A DNA stretch of 64,000 bases from Arenicellales bacterium (GTDB lineage Bacteria > Pseudomonadota > Gammaproteobacteria > Arenicellales > JAJDZL01), in assembly GCA_965200645.1 (NCBI GenBank), contig CBDAUN010000003.1:1472968-1536967 (forward strand), read 5' to 3'. The notes under the pieces are model-generated. The model was not told the DNA's origin. It saw only the letters and a list, made by a program, of their open reading frames with translations, and did not search any database. Below, one piece after another: positions 20,640-31,248 of the stretch (its first letter is position 1; the number at the start of each line of letters is the position of its first letter). Both the position numbers and the translations under genes were made by a program.

Positions 20640-23330
20640 ATGTCGTCAAACCAAAAAACACTGTATTTAGTCGATGGCACAGCCTATGTCTATCGTGCCT
20701 ACTACTCCGTTCGCGACCTGACAAATTCCAAAGGCCAACCAACCGGAGCAATTTTTGGATTCAGGAGACAAATTGACGCAATTATGCAAATGTCTCCGGA
20801 ATACCTGATCGTTGCATTCGATGCAAAGGGCCCGACATTCCGAGACGAAATTTATCCGGAATATAAAGCCAATCGCGACCCCATGCCCGATGAGTTGAGG
20901 AGCCAATTTGATGTGATACGCAAACTTGTGCCAGCACTGGGCGTTGCCAGTTACAACATTGAAGGAGTTGAGGCTGATGATGTAATCGCGACCCTTGCTC
21001 TGCAAGCATCCCAACAAGGCATTTACACCGTCATTTTTACTAGTGATAAAGACATGGCGCAACTGGTGACGGACCAAATCATTTTGCGCGATGAGAAGAA
21101 CAATACTGAATTAAACATCGAAGGAGTGCGTAACAAGTTCGGTGTCCGACCGGAGCAGATGATCGATTACCTGTCACTGGTAGGTGACAGTGCAGACAAC
21201 ATTCCCGGCATCCGTATGGTTGGCCCAAAGACGGCTGCCAATTGGCTAAATAAGTATGGGACACTCGAATCTCTTATCGAGAATGCTGAAGAACTTAGCG
21301 GAAAAGCTGGACAAAACTTTAGAGATTCCTTCAACTCACTCGACATGGCAAAGAGACTAATCACATTAAAAGCTGATGTGGAGGTTAACTTCGACCCTGA
21401 GGCACATCGAATTTTTTCGCCTGATATTAAGTCTTTGAAAAAAATTTATACCAACTACGAATTCGGAACATGGCTGAAATCACTTGACGAGGAACGAGAG
21501 CAAATTGAAGAAACAGGACCTCAATACACCTGCGTTCTTGACGAAAGCGAGTTTGGAGACTTAATCGAATCACTACGGCAGTGTGAGGCATTTGCTATTG
21601 ATACCGAAACTACCGGTTTTGATTCTTTTAAAGACAAGTTGGTGGGCATATCCGTAGCCATAGACCCCAATCAGGCGTTCTACATTCCCGTCAGCCATAG
21701 TTATCCAGGTGCTCCTGCTCAGCTTAGTGTCGATTTTGTGCTGGACAAATTTAAGCCAATTTTAGAAGACCCGAGCATTTCCAAGATATTTCACAACTTA
21801 AAGTTTGATGCCGCGGTTTTCAAAGAATACGGCATTAATTTGGCAGGGAAAAACCACGACACTATGCTTGCTTCATATGTGTTTGATAGTACGGCAGTAA
21901 GGGCACATAGTATGAGCAATGTAGCGCTCAAGTATCTTCAACTAAAGCCTTCAACCTACGAAGAGGTCGCAGGCAAGGGTAAGGAACAAGTTACATTTGA
22001 TAAGGTAGACATCAATAAAGCTAAAGACTACGCAGCAGAAGATGCAAAAGTCACCTGTCAACTGCATGACTATTTCCGACAGGAACTAGCATCAAAGGCA
22101 GGCTTAAGGGAAGTCTACGAAAAAATCGAATTGCCGCTAACTCCAGTACTTCAACGAATGGAAAGAAATGGAGTTCGTCTAGACCCGGAGGCACTCAGAC
22201 GGCAAAGTGCCCAAATTGACGGGCAACTTATAGGGTTACAAAGAGATATTTATGCCGATACTGGTTTCGAATTCAACCTTTCTTCGCCCAAGCAAATTCA
22301 AAACGCTTTGTTCGAAGTACTGAATTTACCGATACTGAAAAAAACTCCATCTGGACAGCCTTCCACTTCCGAAGATGCTCTAGAGGATTTGGCAGAACAA
22401 TACGATGTACCGAGAATGATTTTGGAGTATCGAGGCTTGTTTAAGCTGAAGTCAACCTACACCGACAGTCTTGCAAAATTGATACATCCCAAAACTCAGC
22501 GAGTACATACTTCATATAACCAGGCAGTGTCTGCAACTGGACGACTTTCATCAACCAACCCCAACCTGCAGAATATTCCTATCGGCACGCAGGAAGGCCG
22601 GCGTGTCAGAGAGGCATTTATTGCCAGCGAAGGCTGCCGGTTGCTGGCAATTGACTATTCGCAGATTGAATTGCGAATCATGGCACATCTATCAGGAGAG
22701 CCAAACTTGCTCAATGCATTTCAAAACAACGAAGATGTCCATCGTGCGACGGCTTCAGACGTATTTGGCGTACCGATTGACGAGGTAACTGCGGAACAAA
22801 GACGCAATGCCAAGGCAATTAACTTTGGCCTGATGTATGGCATGTCTGCCTTCGGCTTGTCCAGACAGTTAAGGATTGAACAAAATTTGGCACAAGACTT
22901 CATTAAGCAATATTTCGGTCGCTATCCGTATGTCGAGGCATATATGAACAACGCCAGGGAAACAGCAAGAGATCAGGGATACGTTGAGACTTTGTATCAC
23001 CGACGCCTGCATGTTCCTAACATCAATTCAAGAAACTATGGTATTCGCCAACATTCGGAACGAACGGCAATAAACGCTCCACTTCAGGGCTCTGCTGCAG
23101 ACATTATCAAACTCGCTATGATTGAAGTGGATCAATGGTTGCAAAAATCAAACTGCGAAGCGAAATTAATTATGCAGGTTCATGATGAATTAGTACTGGA
23201 CGTGCCAATAGATGAAATGGATACTGTTCGCAAAACTGTGTGTGAGATTATGGAAGGCGTGGCACAATTGAAGGTGCCTTTGTTGGTTGAAGCGGGAGAT
23301 GGGATAAATTTATCGGAAGCTCACGCCTGA
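20640..23330 (+). CDS. polA: DNA polymerase I
   Basis: 896 aa. 5'-nuclease N-terminus (LYLVDGTAYVYRAYY), 3'-5' exo domain (AIDTETT), and polymerase motifs DYSQIELR, RRNAKAINFGLMYG, QVHDELV. Confidence 0.97.
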   Translation: MSSNQKTLYLVDGTAYVYRAYYSVRDLTNSKGQPTGAIFGFRRQIDAIMQMSPEYLIVAFDAKGPTFRDEIYPEYKANRDPMPDELRSQFDVIRKLVPALGVASYNIEGVEADDVIATLALQASQQGIYTVIFTSDKDMAQLVTDQIILRDEKNNTELNIEGVRNKFGVRPEQMIDYLSLVGDSADNIPGIRMVGPKTAANWLNKYGTLESLIENAEELSGKAGQNFRDSFNSLDMAKRLITLKADVEVNFDPEAHRIFSPDIKSLKKIYTNYEFGTWLKSLDEEREQIEETGPQYTCVLDESEFGDLIESLRQCEAFAIDTETTGFDSFKDKLVGISVAIDPNQAFYIPVSHSYPGAPAQLSVDFVLDKFKPILEDPSISKIFHNLKFDAAVFKEYGINLAGKNHDTMLASYVFDSTAVRAHSMSNVALKYLQLKPSTYEEVAGKGKEQVTFDKVDINKAKDYAAEDAKVTCQLHDYFRQELASKAGLREVYEKIELPLTPVLQRMERNGVRLDPEALRRQSAQIDGQLIGLQRDIYADTGFEFNLSSPKQIQNALFEVLNLPILKKTPSGQPSTSEDALEDLAEQYDVPRMILEYRGLFKLKSTYTDSLAKLIHPKTQRVHTSYNQAVSATGRLSSTNPNLQNIPIGTQEGRRVREAFIASEGCRLLAIDYSQIELRIMAHLSGEPNLLNAFQNNEDVHRATASDVFGVPIDEVTAEQRRNAKAINFGLMYGMSAFGLSRQLRIEQNLAQDFIKQYFGRYPYVEAYMNNARETARDQGYVETLYHRRLHVPNINSRNYGIRQHSERTAINAPLQGSAADIIKLAMIEVDQWLQKSNCEAKLIMQVHDELVLDVPIDEMDTVRKTVCEIMEGVAQLKVPLLVEAGDGINLSEAHA

Positions 23331-23956
23331 TTCGATTCACCAAAACTTTCAGTATCGCCGCTGAGCCAATTGCAGACCTTTGTCTGAGCCTCTTGTGCAC
23401 CGATTCCCTTCAAACTAGAAAACGTCTGAACTGTCACACTTGGCAAATCTTCTAAGGAACGTTTGACCTTCGACAGCGCAGCATTGATTTTGGGTTTTGA
23501 CAACTTGTCACACTTGGTCAACAAAATATGCATGCTGATCGATGACTTTGTACACCATTCAATCAGTTGCCAATCCAGCGGCTTAAGCGGATGGCGAATA
23601 TCCATCGTATGAATCAAGCCAGCAAGACTTTGCCTGGAACAGAAATACTGTTCAATGATTCTTGCCCAGTGCTGGCGTTGTTTTTCTGGCACTTTTGAAT
23701 AACCGTAACCAGGCAGATCCACCAAACGCATTTCAGGTGTAATTGTAAAAAATACTATTTGTTGCGTGCGGCCCGGTGTTTTACTGGTAATGGCCAGACG
23801 CTTATGGCCTGTCAATGTATTTAGGGCACTTGATTTTCCGCTGTTGGATCTTCCGACAAATGCAACTTCGCGACCAGTATCAGGTAGCCATTGGCTTCGA
23901 TTGTGCGCGGCGACTGCAAAGGTGGCTTGATTTAAGCTGGAGTTTACTGGTTCCAT
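23321..23956 (-). CDS. engB: ribosome biogenesis GTP-binding protein YihA/EngB
   Basis: EVAFVGRSNSGKSSALNTL G1 motif and DLPGYGY G3 motif. The ORF track starts at a TTG at 24034, but the ATG at 23956 aligns with the EngB N-terminus. Convergent 10-nt overlap with polA. Confidence 0.88.
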   Translation of the reverse strand: MEPVNSSLNQATFAVAAHNRSQWLPDTGREVAFVGRSNSGKSSALNTLTGHKRLAITSKTPGRTQQIVFFTITPEMRLVDLPGYGYSKVPEKQRQHWARIIEQYFCSRQSLAGLIHTMDIRHPLKPLDWQLIEWCTKSSISMHILLTKCDKLSKPKINAALSKVKRSLEDLPSVTVQTFSSLKGIGAQEAQTKVCNWLSGDTESFGESNQA

Positions 23957-24331
23957 CAGGGTTTGAAGATTTTGGGGGTGTGTTTTGAGTTCATCTTTCA
24001 AATTCAGTGTAACGATGTCAACAATCTTTGGCAAATTTTGACTGCTAAATCATCACTTGTAATCAAACAGAATGATTTTCTCGATCAAGTTTTGCTTCAC
24101 TCAGATTTTGGCTTTGTCCTGTGAAAGAATAGATTGAATATTCCTTGGGGCATTTGTCCTTTTCTGAAGATATTTTGTAACCTCACTACATCAACCGTAC
24201 TTAGAGTTATTCGGACATTCAGACGTAATTTCAAAATTGAGGTCGTGATATTATTACTGCTTTGCAAGTGAATCTCATTACAGTTTGCATCACTTGTATA
24301 TTTTTTTGAACTTACTCAAGATATTCGATTA

Positions 24332-24955
24332 ATGATGAAAACTTCGCCGAGTTTATTGTTTGGAATTTCTATGTTGCTTGCTATTGTGCCGTGGTCATCT
24401 GCAAATTCAGTTGGCGATCCAGTTGCTGGTGAGGCAAAGGCAGCCACCTGCGTAGCCTGTCACGGTGACGATGGTAATGGTGTTGCCAACAATCCCACAT
24501 TTCCAAAATTAGCTGGGCAAGTTCGAGGCTATTTGAGCCAAGCCCTTCTCGACTATAAAAACGGTCAACGTCAAGACTCGACGATGCGTGGCTTAGTAAT
24601 GACCCTGACGGAAGAAGATATCATGGACATTGAAGCCTATTATCTGCAGTTCGAAGCCTCGCCCGCCAGCATTTCTGAAGAGCAATTACCGGCAGCGCAA
24701 AGAGGTAGGGAAATCTATCGCACTGGATTACAGCAATATTCTGTTCCGGCATGCATGGCCTGTCATGGCCCAGCCGGTAAAGGCATACCTTCTCGCTTTC
24801 CTAGAGTAGCTGGGCAGTACATTGATTCTCTCATCAAATCCCTGACTGATTACAAGACTGGCAAGCGTACCAGCGATGAAATGAACCCTATCGCATTTCG
24901 GTTAAGTGAAAGTCAAATTATGGATCTTGCAATTTACATGCATGGCTTGAATTGA
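24332..24955 (+). CDS. dihaem cytochrome c4
   Basis: Signal peptide plus two CxxCH motifs (CVACHG, CMACHG), each followed by a PKLAGQ/PRVAGQ box. Confidence 0.85.
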   Translation: MMKTSPSLLFGISMLLAIVPWSSANSVGDPVAGEAKAATCVACHGDDGNGVANNPTFPKLAGQVRGYLSQALLDYKNGQRQDSTMRGLVMTLTEEDIMDIEAYYLQFEASPASISEEQLPAAQRGREIYRTGLQQYSVPACMACHGPAGKGIPSRFPRVAGQYIDSLIKSLTDYKTGKRTSDEMNPIAFRLSESQIMDLAIYMHGLN

Positions 24956-24961
24956 TTTTAG

Positions 24962-26620
24962 TCAGCCAGCGTTAGACATTGAAAAAACCAACGATTGGTT
25001 AATCTCATCTAATACCTCAACCACTGGTTCATTCAGTTTGATCTGATACACCGGTCTACCAAGGGTCCTCAGGGCGTCGTAATCTGCGGTTGCCTGTAAC
25101 TCGATCAGGTCACCGAATCGATACGGTTTGCTGCTAACTTCGATGTCCTCACTGACCTCTGAGGTTAACATCAAAAAATGGCCATTTTGCCTTCCTCCCT
25201 TGAAGTATTGACCAGTGGAGTGCAAATACTGTGGTCCAAAGTTGCAAATCACCTGACCCAGCACAAGTGAATCAAGTGTCTGTCTAAACTTGATGAGAGC
25301 AAGTTTGTTTTCAGCAGTCGGATCGATAAAGGCCAGAATCGACAAATATTCAGACTCAGACACCGATTCAACCAAGATTGAAAACAATTGGACAAAATCC
25401 TGTTTGGAAGAGTCCATACTGAATTTAACGACTTGATCAGTTTGTCTTGAATCTTCATCAACTTGTTTGGGTGGCCAATCCTTTAAGACCGCATCAACAC
25501 GAGTTTTATTCCCTTCTACGTCTGGCTGGTCGAATGGATTAATGCCAAGAAGAAACCCAGCCGCTGCCACAGCTAACTCCCATTTGAAAAAATACCTAGA
25601 TAAATCGTACTTACTTTCAAACGTTTGAAAGTGAACAAATTTGGCTCCCCCAACTTCCGAGAAAACTTCTGCATTGCCTAAAGTCACCTTATCCGGCAGT
25701 TCGTCATACGTATCTTCGTCACAACTAAGCTCCTTTATGACGCACAACACCCCTTGATTGTGCTTGCCTAAACTTTCAGCGACCAATTGCTCAATCCACC
25801 TTGATAGAGAATTAGGGGATTCACGCACTTCAACAGTAATTGTGTTTTGTTGCTTCTTACACAATGTTGCGAGTGCCGCCGCTAACACCATCACTTCATC
25901 AGCGATATCCCCTTTCTTTTTGCGCAGTTCATTCTTGTACTGCTGATAGGAATAGTAAAGTTCCGTCAAGTCAACTCCAAGCAATGAAGCTGGGATGAGT
26001 CCCAACTTGCTCAATGCTGAAAAACGCCCGGGAACACTCGGGTCCGAATCCAAAATAGACACTCCAGCAGAACTTGCCCAGTCCCTTAACTTGCTACTCA
26101 TTGGGTCTGTGATTGCAGTTAACTTGTCTGCTGGTAGATTGAGACTCTCAACAAGCGTTCGCGATAGGTCAAGTGATTCAATCGTATTACCTGACTTGCT
26201 CGAAACAACACAACTATTGAATTGCAGTGAATTACCCTTAAGATACGGTGCTATTGACTGAGGGTGGGTGCTGGACAAGGCATATACCATGCAGCCAGTA
26301 TCCGAACCGAATACTTCCCCATAGACTTCCGCCGCCAAACTAGCACCACCCATTCCGATAAGGAGCAAGGACTGCTTTGCAGCAAGGTTATGCTGCTTGA
26401 CTTCATCAATGGAGCGTTCAAAGGCATCAACCCAATTCACGCACACTGGAATTTCAGATTGGCTAATCCCAATTTCCGTCCACAGTAATGGATCTTTGGT
26501 CAAGATCCTCTCGATGACGTTCTGTTCGCGGAGGATTTTGCTATAGACTACAAAATCATCTCCATTTTCGCGGACTTCCTCCGCGTCTGAAGAATCATCT
26601 ACCGGAATGCGGATTATCAA
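24962..26620 (-). CDS. pgi: glucose-6-phosphate isomerase family protein
   Basis: 552 aa. LLIGMGGASL and VVSSKSGNTIES match the PGI SIS-domain motifs. The subfamily is uncertain. Confidence 0.65.
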   Translation of the reverse strand: MIIRIPVDDSSDAEEVRENGDDFVVYSKILREQNVIERILTKDPLLWTEIGISQSEIPVCVNWVDAFERSIDEVKQHNLAAKQSLLLIGMGGASLAAEVYGEVFGSDTGCMVYALSSTHPQSIAPYLKGNSLQFNSCVVSSKSGNTIESLDLSRTLVESLNLPADKLTAITDPMSSKLRDWASSAGVSILDSDPSVPGRFSALSKLGLIPASLLGVDLTELYYSYQQYKNELRKKKGDIADEVMVLAAALATLCKKQQNTITVEVRESPNSLSRWIEQLVAESLGKHNQGVLCVIKELSCDEDTYDELPDKVTLGNAEVFSEVGGAKFVHFQTFESKYDLSRYFFKWELAVAAAGFLLGINPFDQPDVEGNKTRVDAVLKDWPPKQVDEDSRQTDQVVKFSMDSSKQDFVQLFSILVESVSESEYLSILAFIDPTAENKLALIKFRQTLDSLVLGQVICNFGPQYLHSTGQYFKGGRQNGHFLMLTSEVSEDIEVSSKPYRFGDLIELQATADYDALRTLGRPVYQIKLNEPVVEVLDEINQSLVFSMSNAG

Positions 26621-26623
26621 GTT

Positions 26624-26845
26624 CTACACTAGAATGAACTTCGTCCCGCAATAGGGGCACTGTGCTTCCCCGGTCTTCTCTATGGGTAGATATACTCGAG
26701 GATGCGAATCCCAAAGCCGCATTCGGTCCAGCGGACAATGCAGCGGCAAATCTTCCGCGGTCACCTCAATAATCGTTTCCAGGTTTGGGGTATCACCAGT
26801 TTTAGGCTGATAAGTAGCACTCATAGATGTTAGAGAATCATTCAA
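26624..26845 (-). CDS. zinc-finger (zf-CHCC type) domain protein
   Basis: 73 aa. Has HCP...and a C-terminal CPYCGTKF. Sits 3 nt upstream of the pgi-family gene. Confidence 0.55.
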   Translation of the reverse strand: MNDSLTSMSATYQPKTGDTPNLETIIEVTAEDLPLHCPLDRMRLWDSHPRVYLPIEKTGEAQCPYCGTKFILV

Positions 26846-26854
26846 AAACTTGAA

Positions 26855-27781
26855 CTATAGATAACTTAACCAGTGACTATGCTTCTCGCTTCGGCCAGAA
26901 ACAATATCAAAATACATGGACTGCAATTTTTCGGTGATCGGGCCGCGACCGCCGTTGCCGATTGGCCTTCCATCGAGCTCACGGATTGGTGTCACTTCTG
27001 CTGCCGTACCCGTAAAGAAAGCCTCATCAGCGATATAGACTTCGTCACGGGTGATGCGTCTTTCGACAAATGGTAGATTCAATTCGCGAATGAGTTGAAT
27101 CACGGTATCCCGGGTGATGCCTTCAAGTGCGGAGGTGAGATCCGGAGTGATGACCGTACCGTTTCGAACAATAAAGATATTTTCACCAGTCCCCTCCATA
27201 ACATAACCTTCTGTGTCCAGCAGAAGGGCTTCGTCTGCGCCATTATCGAGAGCTTCGTGGAGTGCCAGTATGGAGTTGATGTAATGCCCGCATGCCTTTG
27301 CTCGACACATTGAGACATTGACATGTAGTCGGGAAAAAGATGAGGTTTTTACCTTTATGCCATTGACAAGACCATCTTCGCCGAGATAGGCTCCCCACTC
27401 CCAAGCTGCGATAAAGACATGTGTGCGTAAATGTGATGCGCGAATCCCCATACCTTCGGACCCATAAAACAATAGTGGTCGAATATAGGCACTCTCAAGT
27501 CCGTTTTCTCTAACGACAGTCAGTTGCGCTTCATTCAATTCTTCAGGTTCATACTCGATATCCATCTTTAGAATTTTGGCAGACTTGAAAAATCGATCGG
27601 TGTGATCTTGCAATCTGAACACTGCGCTACCTTGATCTGTCTTGTAGGCACGTACGCCTTCAAACACTCCCAAGCCATAATGCAGGGTGTGGGTGAGGAA
27701 GTGTACGTTCGCTTCACGCCAGGGAATGAGCTCGCCGTTCTTCCAGATGGTGCCGTCTCGATCACTGAATGATGGTGTCAT
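26855..27781 (-). CDS. ilvE: branched-chain amino acid aminotransferase
   Basis: 308 aa. GLGVFEGVRAY, EGTGENIF and FFTGTAAEVTP are class IV aminotransferase motifs. Confidence 0.9.
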   Translation of the reverse strand: MTPSFSDRDGTIWKNGELIPWREANVHFLTHTLHYGLGVFEGVRAYKTDQGSAVFRLQDHTDRFFKSAKILKMDIEYEPEELNEAQLTVVRENGLESAYIRPLLFYGSEGMGIRASHLRTHVFIAAWEWGAYLGEDGLVNGIKVKTSSFSRLHVNVSMCRAKACGHYINSILALHEALDNGADEALLLDTEGYVMEGTGENIFIVRNGTVITPDLTSALEGITRDTVIQLIRELNLPFVERRITRDEVYIADEAFFTGTAAEVTPIRELDGRPIGNGGRGPITEKLQSMYFDIVSGRSEKHSHWLSYL

Positions 27782-27884
27782 GAATGTCCTGAACCTCTGT
27801 AATTTAATTGTCCAAACGAATTAATTCGAGCTAAAAATATGTAAGCAATTCAAACATATTAGAATAGCAATAAACCCCTCTTAC

Positions 27885-28454
27885 TTAGTGAGTTTGTGTC
27901 GTACAAGAAAATGGTTTACGAGCAAAAATTCTTCTCACCATCGGCTCGAAAAAATCCAATGGAAGTGATTCGTAATCAGGATCGAAGGAGCACTGATCCC
28001 ACTTTTCGCAAAAGTCAGCACACGCTTGATAATGTGGATGCTCTTTGTATTTATCCCGCTGGTCACGGTCTTCGCCCAAATGATGAAAATAGTAATATCC
28101 TTGAAAAATACCATGGTATTTAATAATCCAGTAGGTTCGGTCCGAAACATAGGGTCTGAGTATTCCGGCAGTGACTTCTGAGTGGTTGGTCGGTGACAGG
28201 CTGTCACCGATGTCGTGCAGCAAAGCAGCGACTACCATTTCCTCGTCTGCACCGTCTCGATATGCTCGCGATGCAGTTTGCAGTGCGTGTTCAAGTCGCG
28301 TCACTTTGTAACCTGCAAGACTGTGTTCCAATTCAAGCAAGTGAGCCAGCACTCGATCGGCGGTACCTTCTACAAACGGTATTTCAGCTTCGGTCAGAAG
28401 ATCGTAATCCTCTTTGGTTCCGTCTTCCATTCGTGTAAAGCTTACAACTTTCAT
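27885..28454 (-). CDS. HD-domain protein, PhnZ/MIOX-like subfamily (tentative)
   Basis: 189 aa. LEHALQTA...DGADEEMVVAALLHDIGD HD motif, and a C-terminal FCEKWDQCSFDPDY block. Confidence 0.55.
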   Translation of the reverse strand: MKVVSFTRMEDGTKEDYDLLTEAEIPFVEGTADRVLAHLLELEHSLAGYKVTRLEHALQTASRAYRDGADEEMVVAALLHDIGDSLSPTNHSEVTAGILRPYVSDRTYWIIKYHGIFQGYYYFHHLGEDRDQRDKYKEHPHYQACADFCEKWDQCSFDPDYESLPLDFFEPMVRRIFARKPFSCTTQTH

Positions 28455-28514
28455 AGTCCATTACTCCAATAGATAAAACATGCACATTAAACAACAATCA
28501 ATTCTCTCAAAGGG

Positions 28515-30674
28515 TTATTTTTGGAGTTGCAATTTACCCGTCTCAGCCTGTATCCATTTTGAGCCCACATCATTGAAATGAACTTTAACCGTCAGCATTC
28601 CACTCAATTGCCGAATATCTCGTACTTGTCCGAGACCAAAGTATGGATGCCGTACCTGATCACCAATTTCATAGGTTGAATCTTGTAATTCAGCATCATA
28701 ACTGTCTTGGTAGCCTTGTTGATAGGATAGGTACTGCATTAACTCACTTGGTACTTCCCTTACAAATCTCGAAACTTTTTGTCTCATTGGCCCCCATTGA
28801 CCGGCTTGAGTTCGAGTTTGCGAGCTGATCAAATATAGTTGCTGCATAGCCCGCGTCATACCGACGTAACATAGCCTGCGTTCTTCCTCGACCTGGGCTT
28901 TATCCTGCAATGAGTTAAAGTGAGGAAACAATCCTTCCATCATGCCCGCCATAAACACGGTAGAAAACTCCAAACCCTTTGCGCTGTGGATCGTCATGAA
29001 TTGTACAGAGTCATCCTTAGATTGATGTCGATCGCCAGCATCCAACATCGTCTGGCTCAAGAATTCCTGAAGAATTTCTATATTGCCAGCTAATTCATTA
29101 TTTGCCAAAAACCTGATTGCGACACTTTGCAATTCATTCAAGTTCTCAATTCGAGATTGATTTTCTACTTTACCTTTTCTTTCGTAGTGCTTAATCAACT
29201 TAATTCGGTTAATTATGGTAAAAATAAGACTTGGGAGTGAAAGTCGTTCAAGGTCTTTAGTAAAACTATCCATCAGGTCGACAAAGAGGGTTAACGCTCT
29301 AGTTACCCGTCTATTGGTTAGTGGGTCATCGATGGCCAACTTAGCCGCCTCGAACATGGAATATCCGGTACTTTCGGATGTTTCTTGCAACATTTCTATG
29401 GTTGCATTGCCTATTCCTCTCGGAGGGTTGTTGACGCATCGAACAAAGGCCATATTTGCATCCGGATTTATCAGTAGATGCAAATATGCCATAACTAGTC
29501 TGATTTCAGTCCGATCAAAAAACCTCATGCCACCATAGACTTGAAACGGTATACCTTCTCGAGTAAATACCTGTTCAAGTATTTGTGACTGGGCATTGGT
29601 TCTGTACAACACTGCAAATTCGCTGTATGATTGACCTGCTTTGTGAAGTTTCTCGATTTCTTGTGCAATAAAATTCGCTTCTTTGGTTTCATCAAATACC
29701 TGATAGTATCGAGGCAAATTTCCTTTGGCACCATTGCTCCAAAGTGACTTGCCTAAGCGCGAATCGTTGTTTTCGATTAAGGCATTTGCAGCATTCAATA
29801 TGGACTTGGTGGATCGGTAATTCTGTTCCAAACGAATTACACGTGCATTGTTGTAGTGCCGTTCAAATTGAATCATGTGTTCTACCTGAGCACCGCGCCA
29901 TCGATAGATCGACTGATCATCGTCTCCAACTGCTGTGATACTCTGATGCTTAGCGACAAACAGTTGCAGCCAAGTGTGCTGCATCGCGTTGGTATCTTGG
30001 AATTCATCAACAAGAACATGATGAAATTGTTCCTGATATCTGTCACGAACCGTAGCATTGTTCTTCATCAGTTCCACGGTCCTCAAGATTAGTTCTGCGA
30101 AGTCTACCAGCCCCTGGATTTCGCACTGCTTTTCATATTTTTTGTAGACTTCTACGATTAACTGGTCCTGACGTGATGGATCCTTCAATTGGCCATTCGA
30201 CCGGACTCCTGCTTCCTTCAACCCATTTATTCTCCATTGAACAAGATTTGGCGTCAACTGGTCCAGACCTGCTACGCCAGTCATGTCTGACATAATTCCC
30301 GAAATCATCCGTTTTTGATCATCAGTGCCTAGAATTTCAAAATATCGAGGTAACCCGACTTCTGCATAATGGGTCCTGAGCAACCTGTTTGAGATTCCGT
30401 GAAAAGTCCCTAAGAACATTGAACTGGGCAGGTAATCTACCATGGCATGCACACGTTCTTTCATTTCCCTCGCGGCTTTGTTGGTAAACGTTACCGCAAG
30501 GATTTGCCAAGGATTGACATCGCCACTTTGCAAAAGTAGTGCAATTCTGTGAGTCAACACCCGAGTTTTACCGCTTCCTGCGCCTGCTAGTACCAGAAGT
30601 GGTCCCGCCTCTGCGGTTACCGCATCCATTTGGCGTTCATTCAATCCAGAAAGTATGTGCGTTAAGTCTGTCAA
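28515..30674 (-). CDS. uvrD: DNA helicase II (UvrD/PcrA family)
   Basis: 719 aa. AGAGSGKTRVL Walker A, VDEFQDTN, VGDDDQSIYRWRGA, TIHSAKGLEF, YVGMTRA. C-terminal FGLGQV Tudor-like tail. Confidence 0.9.
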   Translation of the reverse strand: MTDLTHILSGLNERQMDAVTAEAGPLLVLAGAGSGKTRVLTHRIALLLQSGDVNPWQILAVTFTNKAAREMKERVHAMVDYLPSSMFLGTFHGISNRLLRTHYAEVGLPRYFEILGTDDQKRMISGIMSDMTGVAGLDQLTPNLVQWRINGLKEAGVRSNGQLKDPSRQDQLIVEVYKKYEKQCEIQGLVDFAELILRTVELMKNNATVRDRYQEQFHHVLVDEFQDTNAMQHTWLQLFVAKHQSITAVGDDDQSIYRWRGAQVEHMIQFERHYNNARVIRLEQNYRSTKSILNAANALIENNDSRLGKSLWSNGAKGNLPRYYQVFDETKEANFIAQEIEKLHKAGQSYSEFAVLYRTNAQSQILEQVFTREGIPFQVYGGMRFFDRTEIRLVMAYLHLLINPDANMAFVRCVNNPPRGIGNATIEMLQETSESTGYSMFEAAKLAIDDPLTNRRVTRALTLFVDLMDSFTKDLERLSLPSLIFTIINRIKLIKHYERKGKVENQSRIENLNELQSVAIRFLANNELAGNIEILQEFLSQTMLDAGDRHQSKDDSVQFMTIHSAKGLEFSTVFMAGMMEGLFPHFNSLQDKAQVEEERRLCYVGMTRAMQQLYLISSQTRTQAGQWGPMRQKVSRFVREVPSELMQYLSYQQGYQDSYDAELQDSTYEIGDQVRHPYFGLGQVRDIRQLSGMLTVKVHFNDVGSKWIQAETGKLQLQK

Positions 30675-30825
30675 TTTAAAATTTTCCTTATAATTGATTA
30701 ACCATCAAGCCGGTCGCAGAGTGCGATTACGAATTTTCTTGCAATTCGTTCTTGAATGTGTAATAACCAATGCGCATATATTAAATTGTTTGTGAATCCA
30801 TAAATTTACTTCCCGACAAACAGCA

Positions 30826-31155
30826 GTGACAATTAAACTAGCAAAATTCAACATTGGTCAAATTGTGAGACATCGGCACTTTCCATTCAGGGGAGTAATT
30901 TTTGACGTCGATCCGGAATTCAGCAACACGGAAGAATGGTACGAGTCGATACCGTCGGATATCCGTCCGAAAAAGGATCAACCATTTTATCACTTGCTCG
31001 CAGAAAACGAGAAGACCAGCTACATTGCATATGTATCAGAACAGAACCTCGTTCCCGACGAAGAAGGTGGACCGGTGATGCATCCAGCAATTAGCGAAAT
31101 TTTCGGCGACGACCGTGAAGGGGAGTATCCAGTGCGCCCCTATCCCATTCACTAA
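30826..31155 (+). CDS. hspQ: heat-shock protein HspQ (hemimethylated-DNA-binding YccV domain)
   Basis: FNIGQIVRHRHFPFRGVIFDVDPEF and PFYHLL are characteristic. 109 aa with a GTG start. Confidence 0.85.
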   Translation: MTIKLAKFNIGQIVRHRHFPFRGVIFDVDPEFSNTEEWYESIPSDIRPKKDQPFYHLLAENEKTSYIAYVSEQNLVPDEEGGPVMHPAISEIFGDDREGEYPVRPYPIH

Positions 31156-31248
31156 CATTTATTTTTATAACTCCGAAATTTGTTCAAGTTACAGCACTTG
31201 AATCAATTGAAGATAAGATTTACTTTATATTAAACAACCACCCCCAGC

